From Lytechinus pictus (lineage: Eukaryota), in NCBI RefSeq assembly GCF_037042905.1, contig NC_087249.1, positions 14,880,001 through 14,944,000 of the forward strand: a stretch of 64,000 nucleotides of DNA. Reading direction: 5' to 3'. Below, piece by piece: positions 23,513-35,432 of this stretch (positions within the stretch are counted from its first letter, which is position 1; each line of letters starts with the position of its first letter). The notes under the pieces were generated by a model. It did not search any database. It was not told the origin of the DNA and saw only the letters and a program-made list of their open reading frames with translations. The position numbers and the translations under genes were made by a program.

Positions 23513-23591
23513 CACCAATTTACGCTGAACATTTAACTGGATGAAACGAATACCTTGTTACTGCGTTGGAGATGGGCAGGCAAATTGCGAC
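23513..23591 (-). other. Candidate upstream non-coding exon of the membrane-protein gene
   Basis: ttttcatAG acceptor and TG|GTAAGT donor, both present in copy B; the main exon starts at an acceptor, so an upstream exon is expected. Confidence 0.3.
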
Positions 23592-25074
23592 CTATGAAAA
23601 TACGGCAGATTTTTAAAGACAGACAGATCTGAATCGATATACTTTCGATGTCAGGCCAATTGAAAGTCCAGTTGAAGCTATATACGCGTTTAAGTGTGTA
23701 GTTAATGGCCTCTATCAAAACCACATTCCCATGACTATACTTTCAGGAAGTTTATGACAAAGGTACATCCGTATCGGAAAACCGAGAGGCGGAACCAGGA
23801 CTTTAAAAAATGGTATTACATGCAGTCGAACCATGTCGAACCAACTGTTGGAATTTTGACTTATGAAAACTATTCAAGTTTCAATATCGCTGCAGTTCTC
23901 ATTGACAAAATAATTTTCTTTTACTTTTTTTTCTTCTTCTTCAATCTCCTTCTCCTTCATTTCTCATAACCTTCTTCTTCGTCCTCCTCTGTTTTGTGTG
24001 TGTGTGTTGGTGGAGGGGGGGGGGTGCTGTTAAACATATTGGACTAAATTTGGAAGCGGATATGGACCCTCCTAAACAAATTATGTCAGCACGAAGCGCA
24101 AGCTAAACATCTTTTATTTCCCATCTGAAAACGAGATATGTCTATGAAGTCCGGACCCACATTGTAACACTCTAAATTTCATAGATCTGAAATAAATAAA
24201 GACCGACTGGAGTCTGGGACCGATCGAATTCCAGAGTTCCAGCGTCCCATAGAAGCTGAGCACTAATCTAAGTCCTTCAAGGCCCCAAGCCCCCTCCCCA
24301 AAACACCAACATTTCAGTCCAAAACCCAGATAACGACAGGCACTTAGCCAACCCAGATCCACTACAAATCCATGGTAGTGTATGAATTTTGATGCACCAT
24401 CATGACCATACGTCGATCGAGCGATTACGTTTATTACTAATGGTCTTTATATATATATATATATCTAAAAGCATTTTTGCAGCTCAAAAGGCTGAATTAC
24501 AAATAATCGTACAAGGTAAGCGATTCTCATAGAACTGTAAAGAACAGTTTACGATGTACTTGTGATGTGTTTTGGGGGGCATTTTGGACTGGTTGACGGC
24601 TGGACACCCCTGGTCATCGTACAATGGCCGAGGCTCTCATGAGTCTCAGGTAACATCAGAAGGGTGATCGGACAAAGATAATTGGGAGTTTTGATCTTCC
24701 GATGTCCCTGGTACCGATCTTTCTATTCTTGACACATCGTTAAAGTATCGTCCAATTTCCTGCCGTGAATCGACCGGTGTCCCTAGCATTGGAGGTCAAG
24801 TCCTTGAGAGCAGGCATCGAACAGACATCGGTTGATTATCGATCAACGTCTAGGTGTCCGGACATTAGTCACTAACCGACCGATGTCTGACCGGTATGCA
24901 TCGACGTATGATCTATGTATGGCCTATTTGCTTTGACATCGGCCGGACAACAGCCGGTGATTACAGATGCATCAGGGGCCCTTGATAAACCGCGTTTTTG
25001 TACACTAAACAAGACACCACAACACAGGAAGATGCAAATAGGAAAAGTGAAATATATATATATATATATATATA

Positions 25075-25651
25075 TTCAAAACCACATTCAAAACCACATT
25101 CAAAACCAGACATGCATCTCACAAAGCGTCATTTAAATAAAAGAGAAGAGGCACAGCACCGAGCTCAGTAAGCATATCTGGAAACTGAAAGATGAGGGCA
25201 CACCCCACAAGATAACCTGGATAATCGTACGCCATGCACAACCCTACTCTCCACTCACAAAACGCTGCAACCTCTGCCTATGGGAGAAATACTTCATCAT
25301 CACCGCAAACAGAAACAACAATTTGAACTCTCGAACTGAACTCATATCTACCTGTAGACATAAGAAAAAGTTCCTCCTTGCTGGATATGGATAGCCCCAC
25401 CAGCCCCCCCCCCCCCCTCACATGTAACCATGTAGTAATGACCCCTAAGTACCCCGATGTAATAAACAATACACATGTACCCCTTCAGTAACCCCTTTCA
25501 TCTCTGTCAACCCAATGTTATACCCTAATGCACATGCTCTGTATACTTTATTCTGTCCCAAAATTGTGTTCTTCATACTAATCAGTCGCTGATGAGCCTT
25601 AGGGTGAAACAGTCTGTACGACTAGCTTAGTTAAGCAATCCAACCAATAAA

Positions 25652-25657
<6 letters not shown>
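25075..25657 (+). mobile_element. Penelope-like element, 5'-truncated, inserted in (TA)n; absent from copy B
   Basis: [12 protein letters not shown]...[13 protein letters not shown]...[19 protein letters not shown] (C-terminus of a PLE GIY-YIG protein), hammerhead motif, AATAAA. Confidence 0.88.
25584..25623 (+). ncRNA. Type I minimal hammerhead ribozyme
   Basis: agtcg-CTGATGA-gcc ttag ggt-GAAA-c agtct g-TA-cgact; predicted cleavage after 25618. Confidence 0.85.
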
Positions 25658-25689
<32 letters not shown>

Positions 25690-25765
25690 AACGATATTAC
25701 ATTCTGAGAGTTCAAACAAAGTTTATTTCCAAGTCTTGGAAATAAACTTTGTTTACCTCTTTTTC

Positions 25766-25813
<48 letters not shown>

Positions 25814-26427
25814 ATATATAATGCCAAATTTCGAGGCCCTATTATATGTCACCCATGTGGAGGTGCTACCTAATGACGAGAACGTATCTCTGTGGATAAA
25901 AAAAAAATTAAAGAAGGACGGGGTGAGAAGTGTCACAAGGCAAACACAAGACTCATTATTTCTTTATAGTCACATGTGTAAAAAAGTAAGATGGGATAAA
26001 CTCACTTTAAAAAGAAATAAATAATGACAGAATTCATACTTTGCCATTAAAAGATCAGCAACCATCCTTCATTTTCTGTGAATATGGTGATATCTTCAAC
26101 GTTTTTCTCAATAAGTGGTCTGAAATCCAGAATACTCTAAAACTTAGCTGCAGCAAAGCTAATAACAGGTATTCTTGGGCAAATAAAAAGAGTTCCCATA
26201 AAACATTACAAGGATCAAACGATACATCTTCCCTGGACTTAACTGAAGCAGTAATAGTCCCGATTGATGTTCAAATGATAAAGTTAGCCTATCAGATGTG
26301 TATCGTTAATTTTGTATGAATATATCTATATGTATGACATCATGGTGGTGCGCGGTCACAAGTATTTAACAACATTGTTATCGTCGATCTTGGAAAAGAG
26401 ATCTTCGTGAAACGGTTAACGGACAAG

Positions 26428-26654
26428 ACATGCAAGAGCTTTGGCAATTCTTTTATTTAAATATTGTAAAGAAATGGATAAAGAGAACAATGGTAGGCGT
26501 AGCTTAAATCAAGGTTCCCCAGAGCTATCTACCCTTTGGAAAAATTGATGCCGAAAAATGTCTCTGCCGGGAATCGAACCCGGGCCCCCAGCTTTGAACG
26601 CCGATGCCTTAACCACTAGACCACAGAGACGGGTTAGTGGCTAGGGCGACTGGT
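26428..26654 (-). mobile_element. tRNA-containing retro-repeat abutting (TA)n
   Basis: Its 3' part (26428-26488) recurs as an independent insertion in (TA)n at 62197-62277. Confidence 0.65.
26559..26630 (-). tRNA. tRNA-like gene with UCA anticodon (repeat-borne; function unproven)
   Basis: Stems GTCTCTG/CAGAGAC, GTCT/AGGC, TCGGC/GCTGG (loop GTTCAAA), CCGGG/CCCGG (loop TTCGATT); A and B boxes; TTTTT directly after the discriminator. Confidence 0.7.
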
Positions 26655-26919
26655 TATATATATATATATATATATAATAATCGTAGATTTAAGTAACACA
26701 ATTCGATAAATAAAGTTATCTCAGATGACATTTGTATTTAAAAGTAAAACGGAGGGTCTTAACGAAAAAAAAACAAAGCTTGTACAAAAGGCAATCCCCT
26801 AACTTAGTTTCATTACAAACTTACAACAAAAAAATATTGGGTCGTAATAATATATAGAAATATTGTTTAAAAAATTTGACTCAAAACTCTTACGCCTAGG
26901 TGCCCTTTATATTCATAAA

Positions 26920-27900
26920 TCCTTATGTAGAATATTTAAACTGAGTCTTTCACTAAGGTCAGTCCCCGACGATTGGAAGAAAAACAGCTCCTATATATAA
27001 AGGAAAGGGTCTAAATTGGAGAAGACAAATTATCAGCCAATATCAGTTGTCTGTCATATTTAGAAATCAATTGAAAAAAATGTTAAGAACAGCTCATTAT
27101 CTTCTTAATTACGATCAGTTTGCTTTCTTACCAAATCACTCTACAGTTTCTTGTTTACATAGGGTAGCCGACGAGTGGGACGAAGCCTTTAACGAACATG
27201 AAGTTGTTGGAACTAATTATCAAGTCTTCATGCTTAAAATTAGATCCACGGATAAACTTATTCATTGATGATAAGCCAGTAGAAAAAGTAAAAAAATGTA
27301 AGATATCTTGGAGTCGAAATAGACGAAAACCTTGAATGAAATTCATATATTGCTCTATCATCCAAAAGTTAAGCTTATAAGATTTTTTTAACTCGGTAAA
27401 TTACGACATATCCTAAATAAAATCCTACTGAATATATTATACAAATTCAATATAGAACCTTGTTTCTACTATGCAATATCGGTTTGGGGAAATAAAATTT
27501 GTTCAAATGCACTCTAAAAACTTTTTAGACTTCAGAAACGAGCTGCTCGATATACGCTACCGTAAATCTCTATCTTATAAATCATATTGGGGAACATAAT
27601 GTTAAGGAGATTAAATGGACATCTATTGAACAAAGAAAGTAATATTTTTAGCAAACTTGATTACTATAAATGTGATCATGGACTGGCCCATCTCGTTTAT
27701 ATAATAATATTGAAATGGTTTGCGACAGACATGATGTTAGGACACGTACAGCAACTTTGATACTGTACACTAAATGGTGTTCCACCAAAATTGAATGCCA
27801 CAAGAAATATTTTATGTTTTCCCGCCGCACATGTCTGGAACAACTTACCAGATTCGCTTAAAAACGCAGTTTCCGTAAATTATTTCTAATTATCTTATTA
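26920..27900 (+). mobile_element. Decayed CR1/L2 LINE RT fragment
   Basis: VPDDWK, PIYKGKG, NYQPISV and DQFAFLPNHST remnants with stops and frameshifts. Confidence 0.75.
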
Positions 27901-28246
27901 AAATATGTATTTCTTATGATATTGCGTCAAATCTAAACTCACGTTGGGTGTCTGATACAATTTTCATGAGCATATATGAATGCATTTGTATGTTCGTCTT
28001 TCCTTTTCATGTTATTACGTATGATCCTATAGACCCTTCTGTTGATTCCGGAAAGTATTTGTAACCCAACGCTCTTGTGTATTATAACCTTTACTTCAAG
28101 TTATCATTTTAATATACAATTCCCTCATTCCTGTATAACATTTATATTACGTTTCTGTTGCTTGTAATAATTCGAACTCTTTGATATTTTATAGTTTTAG
28201 ATGTCTTTGCTGGTATGGGTTTTGTGTATACTGCGAGTAAGGTAAG

Positions 28247-29280
28247 GTGTCATCGTCATCTGGTAAAGTGACCCACCCTAGACCAATTATAGTCAAATTC
28301 GCAACATATCGTGTTCGTCAGGCTGTACTACATGCGCGTCGAAAGCTGAAAAACTCAGGGATTTCGATCTCAGAGGACCTTACGGTAGCAAATTATACCA
28401 TCCTGAAGACTGCAAGAGAATCAGCAAAAGTCTCAGCAGCGTGGTCCACCGACGGGCGCATTTTTGTTGCTCTTCTTTCAAGCAATGGGTCAACCGTCAA
28501 GAAACTTGTAAGATCTGTAGAAGAAGCTAAAAATTTATGATGATGATGATTGTGAAGGAGTGAATCATTTAGTGACTTGCCAGACCTAATTTCCTGGGAG
28601 ATACGCATCATTTACAGGGATATTTTTAGACACTTTTATTATTACTGTGTGTTAAGTTGTTAAAGTGTTGAATTCTTTTACTTCATTTTACTTCATCATT
28701 TTAGTTGGGATTGTGTGTGTGATGGGTAAGAAGTTTCCTTGTGGAATATGTGAGAACTCTGTTAAAGTCAACCAAAAGGGATTACAATGTACTACTTGTC
28801 GGAAATGGATTCATTTGTCATGTACTAGTGTAACTTCAAATTTATATACTAGTAGTTCAGTGCAATTTGTTGATTGGGAATGCTCCAGATGTGTCCTGCA
28901 ACGGTTACCATTCTACGATATATCAATGTCATCCACTGATTCTGAAGATTTATGTGAAAATTTAAATGAAAGGGTAAATATGACCAATGATTTGAAATAT
29001 AATCAATTGTTAAATACTAAGGGCATGAGATGTATTCAGTTGAATGTCGTCAGCCTACTCAAACACTTGGACGAAGTCAAATCAGTACTGTACAGTAACA
29101 ACATTGATATCTGTGCCTTGAATGAAACAAGACTAGATGATAGCATTAGCAGTCATGAAATTAATATACCTAATTATACTGTGATACGCAGAGACAGGAA
29201 TAGGAATGGAGGTGGTGTTGCTACATACATTTGCAATAATATTGATCATCAGCAACTGTTTCACAACTCCATGGAAAATC
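28247..29280 (+). mobile_element. LINE internal fragment: ORF1 C-terminus plus ORF2 PHD finger and start of APE
   Basis: PRPIIVKFATYR..ISEDLT..WSTDGRIF; CGIC..CTTCRKWIHLSC..WECSRC; LNETRLD, RRDRNRNGGGV. Confidence 0.85.
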
Positions 29281-30119
29281 AACAAGGTTGCAGTTCCTCC
29301 CTAAAATTTAAATTTGAATGAAAATATAAGTTGCAAAAAGAGGCGAAGTTTCATCCGAAATCAAACAATAGCCAAATATCAATTAAACAAAAACACAAAA
29401 TCTCACGTGCACATGACAGTCCTTTGATTATAATAGTGTAAAGTTTAAAATCTTCTAAGAGAGTTTAAAATTTATTTCACATCGGAAAGTGTCCTTTTAA
29501 GGCAAAGTTCAATTATCAAGGAAAACATTTTGACAATCCAAATTTTGAATACGTGCCCAACATTGTACATGAAAGATTTTCTTTGCTTATGCCTTTGTAG
29601 ATTACAATAAAATGATCATTATCTATTTATTATCAAGTTCGAAGCACTGAAAAAAATGTTCTTCCATTTTTGCTGCCTAGTTTGATCTGCAGTGCCTCTA
29701 TGCTTACTCTATGTAGGTTTGCCACCTGTTTTTTTCTTATAATTCTTTTTTTTTAAAGACATTTTGAACCTTACTAGCATTCCTAACTTCTAGACATTCT
29801 CTGAGGGGGATCGTTCTCTTGAAATCGAATGAATTTATTGCCATATAATAATTTTCACGTTTGGGTGGTCATCATCTGATCATGATCTACACTGCAAACA
29901 AGGAATGTTTTAGCTTCCATATTCCTTTGTCAATCGTGAATAGGGATTTTATGCTCTGAATGCCATGCACATTGGCGAGACGCAGTCACGATCAAATGCA
30001 AAGCGCTTATGAAAAGGACTTGCCGCAATTTTTGGCGTTTTTCCCATCATATTCATAACAGCAAACCTCTCTCACCTTGATAATTCGTATTCTGCAACAA
30101 CAATACAGTCGCCTAACAT

Positions 30120-30790
30120 TATTCACGTTGGTGTTTTGGTTGATTTGTCAAATGCATTTGGCGCTATAAATCGTGTTATCAAGTTATTTTTCAGGCACTG
30201 TGGGATTCGAGGACTAGCACATAGTTGGGAAAGTAGCTGCCTGTCCAATCTCTTTCAATGTACAAAATATAATACCTGCTCGTCTGTACCTAAGAAAATA
30301 GTGTGTGCAGTTCAACAAGGGTCCTTGCTGGGGCCTCTGTTATATATAATTGTACATACATGATATTGTAAAGGGGTCAAATACTCCGTCATTCATACTG
30401 TCTACTGGTATGTTGACGATACAAATCCATGTTCAAAGGTATAGTTCTAGCTTCCCAGCAAGAACAATGAAATGATACTTCTCCAAGCTTTGTACATTGT
30501 TTGAGGAAAAAGGTAAACAACTCTGTAAACCCCCGTAAATGTAACTTCATTATTTTGTCAATAATCGTAATAAGATATATCAGTGTGAGTCTTTTAAATT
30601 AAATTTGACTTGTGTCAGAGTGTCGGGATTGCTAAAATAATAATAAAAAAATCCTGGTGTAGCTATTGTCTAAAAATTAACTTGAAAATGCCATATACAT
30701 GTACAAGATATGGATGAGAAAATATCAAAGAATACTGTCTGGAATTATACCAAGATTAAGGTACTTTTACCAGCTGATATATTACGCATA
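30120..30790 (+). mobile_element. Decayed LINE RT fragment
   Basis: DLSNAF, GIRGLA, QQGSLLGPLL and YVDDT remnants. Confidence 0.7.
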
Positions 30791-30798
30791 TTGGATTC

Positions 30799-31050
30799 CA
30801 CGCTGTAAAAAAAAATATTGGGTAAAGTTTTAACCAGCACGAGGGTAATGTCAAACCTATTTTGGGCAGTATTTTACCCAGTGCGGGAAGCATATTGTCC
30901 AGTAAGGTAAAAAAAAGCAACAATTACTTTAGAATGGGCCAAATTTTTATCACACTGGATAAATAAAATGCCCCCCAAAAGCCCAATGTTGATTGGACAC
31001 ATAATTACCCCCATGGAGCATTTTTACCCAATATTTTTTTTTAATGCACA
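30799..31050. mobile_element. MITE with AAAAATATTGGGTAAA inverted ends
   Basis: Inverted terminal sequences; TSD not resolved. Confidence 0.55.
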
Positions 31051-31272
31051 CTTGTTTTGTCGTGGGGAAGTACTTATAAGTCTAACCTAAAGCAACTGGT
31101 CGCAAAACAACTTAAAATAGTCAGAATCATAGCTGAAGCAAGAAGCAAGCTCAATATAAAAATTTAGCACATACTCGGGCGTTAGCTGCACCAGAAATAT
31201 ATTTTTATTCATCAATGTATTATTTAACTTATGCCTATCTATTTCGCTAAGGGGGTTTTGATGCAATATATA

Positions 31273-33351
31273 CACAACAAAAAAAGTAAGTCCCCCCTAA
31301 ATCAAATTGCTGTAACTTTTGAACAGAATTATTTTGAGATATGATATTCCGTAGGTGGTTTTCTACACTCATTAAGCAACTCCTTGGGAAAAATAAGATT
31401 GATCAGTTGAGTCATGCATGAGTAATTAAAGATTGAATTTAAAATGACAATTTTTGAAAGTCACAAGAGTCGTTTTTCAGATTGTGCAAATACAAAGTTG
31501 GGCAAATGTTGTCTTTAGGTGAATTTTATGGTGTTATGCTGTTTTACTATCCATCATTTAGCCACTCCACACACAATTTTGATATCATAATGTTCATGGT
31601 TGAGTGAGCACAATGTATTGCAGGGGCCGCGGAAGCGGGGGGGGGGGGGCTGGGCGGGGAGCTTCAGTCCCCCCCCCACTTTTTTCCAAAAGCATGTACA
31701 AAAATGTAAAAATTACCATACGATTGTGATTTTTTGCATGGCCAGCCCCCCCCCCCCCACTTTGAAAACCCTTCCCCGGCCCCTGTCTTGTGACGTATCA
31801 TCATAGGGGTTTATGGTTGTATCCTCTACAACATGTTAGATCATGTTAACATTTGAGAATTTTGGTGGATGGCTCCCCCGATTATAGGCCCCTCCCCCAT
31901 TTTAAAATTCTGGACCCACCACTGATTTGTCCATAGATTAAACTGATCATGAGGAATTGTTAGGAAAAGAATACATTTATGCAGTATAAGGAGTATTCAT
32001 TCCTAAGTTTTCAAATGTGCTCGTTCAACCATGAAAATGTTTAAAGTTCGGAAAGTATGTGGTGATAGAAATGATGGATGATAAAAACAATAGCAATTTG
32101 AAACCGAATTTGCCCCCAATATTCACTTCATTACCCTTTAAAATGAGTCTGTGACATTGAAAATACCAATTTTCTCACTTTGATGCGTGCTCACTCATCC
32201 ATAAATAAACAAATCGATTTCATTTTTGCACAGAATTTTGCCCATAGGTTGATAAACATTACTGCCAAATGACATTGCTAAAGACAGCCGTGAAAAAAGT
32301 TCCACTATATTGAATAAGGGGTTACTTATTCTTAAACAGGTGCACCCATAATGTACACAAGTCTATGAGAGACGAAGTCAAAATTTTAACAAATATGAAA
32401 TAAGGGTTTGTTTCATGGACGGTTTTTGTTACTTCTGCCAATAGTTATTTCATGGAACTTCGTACATGGCTTCAGAGTAACACTATCCAAAAGGCGCACA
32501 CACCAAAATAACCATTCGATACGACACAGAGTGGGGCCAAGGCCTTGAACTTTCTTCTCATTTGCATAATTTTCGAATATTGTGTGCTCACTGATGCATG
32601 AAACATCGTGATTTTCATAAAAATCAAATCAAATTAACTATGCAAGGAGGTTTGTGACAGATATCCATAGTAACTAATTGCATTTTTTCCAATAACGTAA
32701 AAAAGAGCTAATCGCATTCCACATGTTCATTCAAGCGTGGATATTTAATTAAACGCGTTTGAATCACTGAAGCATGTTAAATGGTCATGAACATAACGAA
32801 AAAGTTGAGAAAAGATCATTTTCATTTACCAAAATGAACCAATACTTGCCTATGATATTTGAAAATCGTATATTTTTGTTTTCAATAAATGTTCATTGAA
32901 CCGTGAAACGATGAATATTGTTGAAGAAATTCTTCCAAAAATAACTGTCATCATATTCTATCATTTTTATTGATATAAATGTGTAAAAAATCCAATTAGA
33001 GCAAATTTGGACTTGTGTTTATTCAACCGTGAAATTTAGCCAAACAAGTTGTATCGTCTTTTAGAGAGTACCTTTTACAAGCCTTCTGACTATTTTTTAT
33101 GATGAGAATGTAAAATTAGTTCCAATAAAATGGAATCAAAGTCATGATATTTGGCTTGTGACTTTTGAAAAGTGACATTTTTGCCTTCTGACGGTGCTCA
33201 CTGAAGCATGAAGTGAAATACGTACATAACGTTTACTCAGAGGGTAGCTTATAAAATTACCTACACGCTCATGTAAAAATATATTAAAAACTCGCATTGG
33301 TTCGGAAATTATTGATGTTTGTTTAAGGGGGGACTTACTTTTTTTGTTGTG
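31273..33351. mobile_element. Non-autonomous TA-TSD (Tc1/mariner-type) transposon
   Basis: 26-bp TIR CACAACAAAAAAAGTAAGTCCCCCCT flanked by TA; nested CAGGGGCC..GGCCCCTG MITE at 31621-31784. Confidence 0.88.
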
Positions 33352-34097
33352 TATATATATATATTAATATATATATGTACAGTATATATATCATATAGAA
33401 AGTCGTAAAAATCATATAGATTTTGAAAGGAAAACGGAGCATAGCTCTCAAAGAATGAAAAGAAGAAGTCACACTCTCAGTCAATATATGTACATATATG
33501 TAAATACAATTCACGCCCCCCTTCATTAATCCCTTTGCCAAGACACAGGCCTTGTTCTTATAAAGGTATCATTAATTTCATAGGCCATAAAAAGTGGAGC
33601 AAAGTGACATCAGAAATGCACTATATCTAATTTTTTTATTACGAAAAGCTACGTCTGGTCCCTAGATCGAGGGATTAGCCTAATTTGAGTTGGGGTTGAT
33701 TGGTTGATCATTAATTGTTTCATGGGGAAAATGGGAAAAATATTATTTTTAATGACATGGTATTACGAAATATCACATGGCTAGTTGTTGTGGAAAGAGA
33801 ATTACCATAAATGACCTGTGCCTCATCGAGTGACGTCAGTGTTAGAAAAAGCGTTATAAGCACCAATTCATTGATCTGCCAGAAGTTTCAATGACCTCAT
33901 CAAGTTTTTATTCGAATAAGACCTTATTTTGATATATAAAAATGCCATTTCACAATGTAGAAATGAGTGAAAAGATGTTCAAATTCTTTAATACAATTGA
34001 AAGAAAATGTCACGAGACCTCTTGAATTATTTAGAAGTGATTATACGTGAACATTTCGCAAAGGTGATGGTTTCATTTGGAAGATGAAACATTCAAC

Positions 34098-34705
34098 ATA
34101 ACAATACACAAATAGTTGACAGGAATAGCTTAACGAGTCAAGGGGAAGTATTAGGAAGGGAAGATAAATAATATATTAGAAATAGTCTGCTTCAGTTCGC
34201 CATATAGCAGGTATAAAGAATATAACAATCACAATTGGTAATAATAGAATGCCATAAAAATCATATCTATTTTTTAAGGAAAACGGAGCATAGCTCTCAA
34301 AGATGGAAATGGGAAGTCACACTCTTAGTCAGTGTTCATGGTGACACATAAAAGGAGAATTACAAATCCGTTTCTGAAACAGTCGTAAAAACACGCCTAT
34401 TCATGGGAATAAGAATTGTATAGAAGTATTAAATACGGGAGACAAACACTTACCTAATAAGTGTCTCCACAAGATGTTCGAGAACTTGGTCCTAAAATGC
34501 AGCGAGAATCTTGTGATAGCTTCTTGACGTTGCTTGTTGCTGAACACTCTACCGACACTTGACTTGGCACTCTCAAATTTACTCCCTCTGGGTCAATGGG
34601 TGTGAATATGGGATTGCGAGCGGAAGGCGTAATGGTCGCACATATAGAGGTGAGCGGCATATATCGACGGATATAATGCTCAGAGCACATTGTTCATGCT
34701 ACACC
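34098..34705. repeat. Paralog of 5165-5785, lacking the Gypsy insertion
   Basis: Direct alignment; empty site ..TTCAAC ATAAC AATACAC.. Confidence 0.85.
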
Positions 34706-35432
34706 CCCTAAACCCTATACAATAATGTTACCTGAAACTCATGCAAGACGATCAGTGACGCTTGCTTACCATTTTGTAAATTTATTTAGGAACTTGATCC
34801 CTAAACTTTCAAAGTTAGGCTAGCATTATAAAAAGTATCCCGAGCCTGGCCAAAGATCATTGTACATAAAAGACATGAAACTCATGCAAGTAGATCAGAG
34901 ACACCTGATCAAAGATTATCAAAATTCAAAAGCTGCAAAATGGCACAATATTGAAAGTCACTGTTCTTTTTTCCGTGGTGATGAGTGAGTTTCTCAGCGG
35001 TTTTGTTTTTACTTTGACCGATAATTCCTCATCGGTTTTAGTAAATATCAATGTGTAATTAATATCAATGAATAGATCATTTAATTTTCTTTAAAATGAT
35101 TCCCTATATGATATGATTATCATTCATATGGAGGTGCAGTGCCTTGAAATGTGGGGCAAGGTCAAAATTCAAAAGTTGCAAAATGACGCAATATTGAAAG
35201 TCACTGTTCTTTTTTCCGTGGTGATGAGTGAGTTTTTTCAGTAATTTCTTTTGATTGTTTTCATGCACCTTAACATCAACATTAACATGGAATCATCAAA
35301 CACACCTCTGCACAAGCAAAAACATAACAAACAAACATGCATGGGTATTTCAAACAACGACACAAACCATGTTATCTCACAGAACCATCACTACAGAAGC
35401 AGGGGCTTGGTTTGAATGGATTTTCATCTTTA

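Larger units (their letters stand above)
15551..27550. repeat. Segmental duplication, copy A (matches 50345-64000)
   Basis: Colinear near-identity, including shared TE insertions. Confidence 0.95.

Noticed and set aside
26559-26630. tRNA-Sec gene
   Set aside because: UCA anticodon, but 72 nt with a short variable loop and 7/5 fold; lacks tRNA-Sec architecture
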